Assembly (NCBI GenBank): GCA_964195235.1
Contig: CAXMOW010000001.1
Location: 20,726 to 84,725 of the forward strand
Direction of reading: 5' to 3'
Source: an uncultured Acidimicrobiia bacterium
GTDB taxonomy: Bacteria; Actinomycetota; Acidimicrobiia; Spongiisociales; ZC4RG35
Length of the DNA: 64,000 nt
The position numbers were made by a program, and so were the translations under genes. The notes under the pieces are model-generated. The model searched no databases. It was not told the origin of the DNA and was given only the letters and a program-made list of their open reading frames with translations. Of the stretch, positions 61,464 through 64,000 are shown piece after piece (the first letter of the stretch is position 1; each line of letters starts with the position of its first letter).

Positions 61464-63194
61464 ATGGCCACTCGCTCCGATCTGATCAGAATGCTTGCCG
61501 AGTTGGCAAAACTCACCGCTCTCGACGAGGGGTCTCCTCAGGCGTTCAAAGTCAGAGCTTACGAAAACGCCATTGCAGGCATCGAGTCACACACCGAGGA
61601 GATGGCTGGGATGTCCAAGACGGAGTTGACAGAGATCAAGGGGGTCGGCAACTCCACAGCGGACAAGATCCTCGAGTTCCAAAAAACTGGCCAAGTGGGC
61701 AAACTCGAGAGTCTTCGAGAGAAGTATCCGCCACCGTTCGTTGAATTGACCAAGATCCCCGGTCTTGGACCCAAAACGTTGCTTACGCTTCGTTCCCAAC
61801 TCGGTGTCGAGGACATTGAAGGGCTCAAGGCGGCAGTGGCCAACCAGCAGCTTCGGGAGCTCCCGGGGCTTGGCGAGAAGTCAGAGGAGAAGATCGCGAA
61901 GGCGATCGACAGACTCGGCCTCCACGGCAAGGATCGACGAACCCCTCTCGTTGAGGTTTACGGCCTTTCCCGCTTGTTCGCCAAGCGAATCGAGGGCATA
62001 CCAGGAGTGGTGGCTGCCGTTCCGTGTGGATCGATTAGACGCTTCTCCGAGACGATCGGCGATATCGATATTGTCGTGGCGACTACCGATTCCGCGGCCG
62101 TCTCAAAGGCGGTACTCGAGTTCGGTGAGGTGGACGACGTCGTCGGCGCCGGTGAGACAAAAACCTCCTTTCTCACCAGGGAGGGGATGCAGGTCGACAT
62201 TCGGACCGTCCGACCCGACCAAATGGGTTCTGCCTTGATGTACTTCACCGGTTCGAAGGCTCACAACATTGCCCTTCGTCAGAGAGCCATCGATCGTGAA
62301 TGGCTTCTCAGCGAATACGGGTTGTTCGACGGTGATGATGTCATCGCATCTGAGACCGAAGAATCGATTTATGACGCATTGGGGATGCAGTTCGTCCCCC
62401 CTACTTTGCGTGAAGGTGGCGGAGAGGTCGAGGCGGCGGCCGCCGAGGATCTGCCCGATCTGATTCGGAGATCGGACATTATGGGTGATCTCCACTATCA
62501 CTCGGACCAGTCCGGTGATGGACGGTCCGGTCTAGAGGAGATGATTGAAGCTGGGATCGTTGCCGGCTATCGGTACGTGGCCTTTACCGACCATGGCGAG
62601 GATCTGGCAATCAATGGCTCGTCTCGGGCGGAGATGCTCGCCCAGCGCGACCGAATCAAGACACTCAACAAGGCGTATAGCGAAATCGAGGTCCTGTTCG
62701 GATGCGAACTGAATATCGGACGCGATGGGGACCTCGACTACGACCCCGACTTTCGTCTCGAATTCGACTATTGCGTCGCCTCGATCCATTCCCACTTCGA
62801 CCTGTCACAAGATGAGCAGACAGCGCGAATCCTCACGGCCCTTGCCGACCCGGCCGTGAATGCTATCGGCCATCTATCAGGTAGGTATGTCGGGAGAAGA
62901 CCGGGTGTTGAGCTCGATGTCGACGTCATTGTTGAGGCACTGGCCGTCACTGGGATAGCACTTGAGATCAACGGTGCCCTCGACCGGCTTGACGCCACAA
63001 CCGAGGTAACTCGGAAAGCGATGGCGGGTGATGTCAGTTTCGTTATTGATACCGACTCTCACCACACCCGCGATCTGGTCCGCATGGACTACGGCGTCCA
63101 ATACGCCCAACGTGCTTGGGTCACGAGCGATCGCGTGATGAATACCAAGTCAGTCGAGGACTTTCTTGAGTGGACGAGGTCGCGACGTTCATAG
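61464..63194 (+). CDS. polX: DNA polymerase X family protein with C-terminal PHP domain
   Basis: This is the inner ATG of ORF 61392..63194. It has HhH motifs (IKGVGNSTADKI, IPGLGPKTL), the nucleotidyltransferase motif GSIRRFSETIGDIDIVV, and the PHP domain motif GDLHYHSDQSGDG. Confidence 0.9.
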   Translation: MATRSDLIRMLAELAKLTALDEGSPQAFKVRAYENAIAGIESHTEEMAGMSKTELTEIKGVGNSTADKILEFQKTGQVGKLESLREKYPPPFVELTKIPGLGPKTLLTLRSQLGVEDIEGLKAAVANQQLRELPGLGEKSEEKIAKAIDRLGLHGKDRRTPLVEVYGLSRLFAKRIEGIPGVVAAVPCGSIRRFSETIGDIDIVVATTDSAAVSKAVLEFGEVDDVVGAGETKTSFLTREGMQVDIRTVRPDQMGSALMYFTGSKAHNIALRQRAIDREWLLSEYGLFDGDDVIASETEESIYDALGMQFVPPTLREGGGEVEAAAAEDLPDLIRRSDIMGDLHYHSDQSGDGRSGLEEMIEAGIVAGYRYVAFTDHGEDLAINGSSRAEMLAQRDRIKTLNKAYSEIEVLFGCELNIGRDGDLDYDPDFRLEFDYCVASIHSHFDLSQDEQTARILTALADPAVNAIGHLSGRYVGRRPGVELDVDVIVEALAVTGIALEINGALDRLDATTEVTRKAMAGDVSFVIDTDSHHTRDLVRMDYGVQYAQRAWVTSDRVMNTKSVEDFLEWTRSRRS

Positions 63195-63289
63195 GCTGTC
63201 GTCGACCGCCGAATCCGATCCTTGTAATTTGCGTCGCAAACGTGAAAGCTGTTGTTTCCTTGGCGACTACATCAAAGGAGACCGTTCAG

Positions 63290-64000
63290 GTGGAATCCAC
63301 CTTCGTTCTTGACACCTGTGTCCTGCTCGCCGACCCCTCAGCCCTCCTCCGATTCGATGAACATGATGTGGTACTGCCACTCGTCGTCGTGGAGGAGCTG
63401 GACCGGAAGAAGACTCGGATGGATGAGGTCGGTGCCAACGCCCGTTCGGCGATACGTCTCCTCGAGGACCTTGGCGCCTCGAGGGATGGCGGGTTACGGG
63501 AGGCCGTCGACCTTCCCGGCGGTGGGTCACTTCGCATAGAGCTCAACGGAATCACGTCGCGGAGCCTCCCCGAAGTTCTCGATGCATCGACACCCGACCA
63601 TCGAATCCTCGCAACCTGTCTGAACCTCGGACTCGATCAGAAGTCCGTGTTGGTCACCAAGGATGCCGGATTGCGTATCAAAGGTGCCCAACTTGGTGTG
63701 GCCGTCCAGGACTATCGGGGTGACACGGCACCGGTTGAGCAGCTCCATTCCGGGGTGGTGGAGCATGAGACCGATCCGCACACCATCGATCGTCTTTATG
63801 ACGAAGGGAAAATGGAATTGCCAGGTCTTGACTCTCATGTCAACGAATTCGTCGTTCTCCGCAGCGGATCATCGAAATCAGCTTTGGCAAGAGTGATCCA
63901 AGATTCGCCGACATTGGTTGTCGAGCGAATGCCAACACACGTCAGAGCATTTGGTGTCGAGCCCAAGAACGTCCGCCAGACAATTGCCATGCATCAGTTG
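63290..64000 (+). CDS. phoH2: PhoH2-type protein (N-terminal PIN domain; gene continues beyond the window end)
   Basis: Not in the track because it has no stop in the window. A GTG at 63290 lies 9 nt after AAAGGAG. My translation is VESTFVLDTCVLLADPSALLRFDEHDVVLPLVVVEELDRKK...DHRILATCLNL...VLVTKDAGLRIKG, which is the PIN domain of YlaK/PhoH2. Confidence 0.8.
   Translation, partial: MESTFVLDTCVLLADPSALLRFDEHDVVLPLVVVEELDRKKTRMDEVGANARSAIRLLEDLGASRDGGLREAVDLPGGGSLRIELNGITSRSLPEVLDASTPDHRILATCLNLGLDQKSVLVTKDAGLRIKGAQLGVAVQDYRGDTAPVEQLHSGVVEHETDPHTIDRLYDEGKMELPGLDSHVNEFVVLRSGSSKSALARVIQDSPTLVVERMPTHVRAFGVEPKNVRQTIAMHQL

Noticed and set aside
1-64000. A search by eye for CRISPR arrays, rRNA genes, transposases, integrases or IS inverted repeats.
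   Set aside because: I saw no regularly spaced direct repeats, no 16S/23S/5S-like segments, and no DDE, tyrosine or serine recombinase ORFs. The only repeated element noted is the ~48-bp intergenic repeat reported above.

Overview
High-GC actinobacterial-type chromosomal segment. The taxon is inferred from gene content: WhiB, Bpa, PpgK, an F420/DDN-like enzyme, MMPL, and an Rv3654c-type Tad locus. The window is densely coded and mostly housekeeping. It carries sdhCAB, gnd, ppgK, hflX, maeB, cbs/cysK-like, ctaA, hisC, a sigma-70 factor, hup, ispD, tyrA and polX. Three tRNA genes were found by hand: tRNA-Gln(CUG), tRNA-Glu(CUC) and a long-arm tRNA with anticodon UCA, which I call selC (tRNA-Sec). 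Two separate Flp/Tad pilus gene sets are present. Locus 1 (5.5-11.7 kb) has cpaB and tadG-like genes. Locus 2 (57.6-61.4 kb) is the conserved actinobacterial type next to a HAD hydrolase, and its CpaE/Ssd-like gene is split by a frameshift. Other points worth follow-up: (1) a SoxR gene with a textbook MerR-type divergent promoter (19-nt spacer, SoxR-box-like palindrome) driving a leaderless 575-aa Rieske-domain protein whose C-terminal region I cannot assign; (2) a similar promoter in front of an ABC exporter pair; (3) a ~48-bp intergenic repeat present three times; (4) a small protein ending in GQYL, in the same window as a Bpa homologue ending in GLYL; (5) an alpha/beta-hydrolase/glycosyltransferase fusion in a TetR cluster next to a BBE-oxidase gene remnant; (6) a truncated ispD paralogue coupled to tyrA. 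I saw no CRISPR array, rRNA, transposase or integrase. All calls rest on reading the supplied ORF translations and the raw sequence; no database search was run. Many long antisense ORFs in the track are GC-driven shadow ORFs and are not reported as genes.
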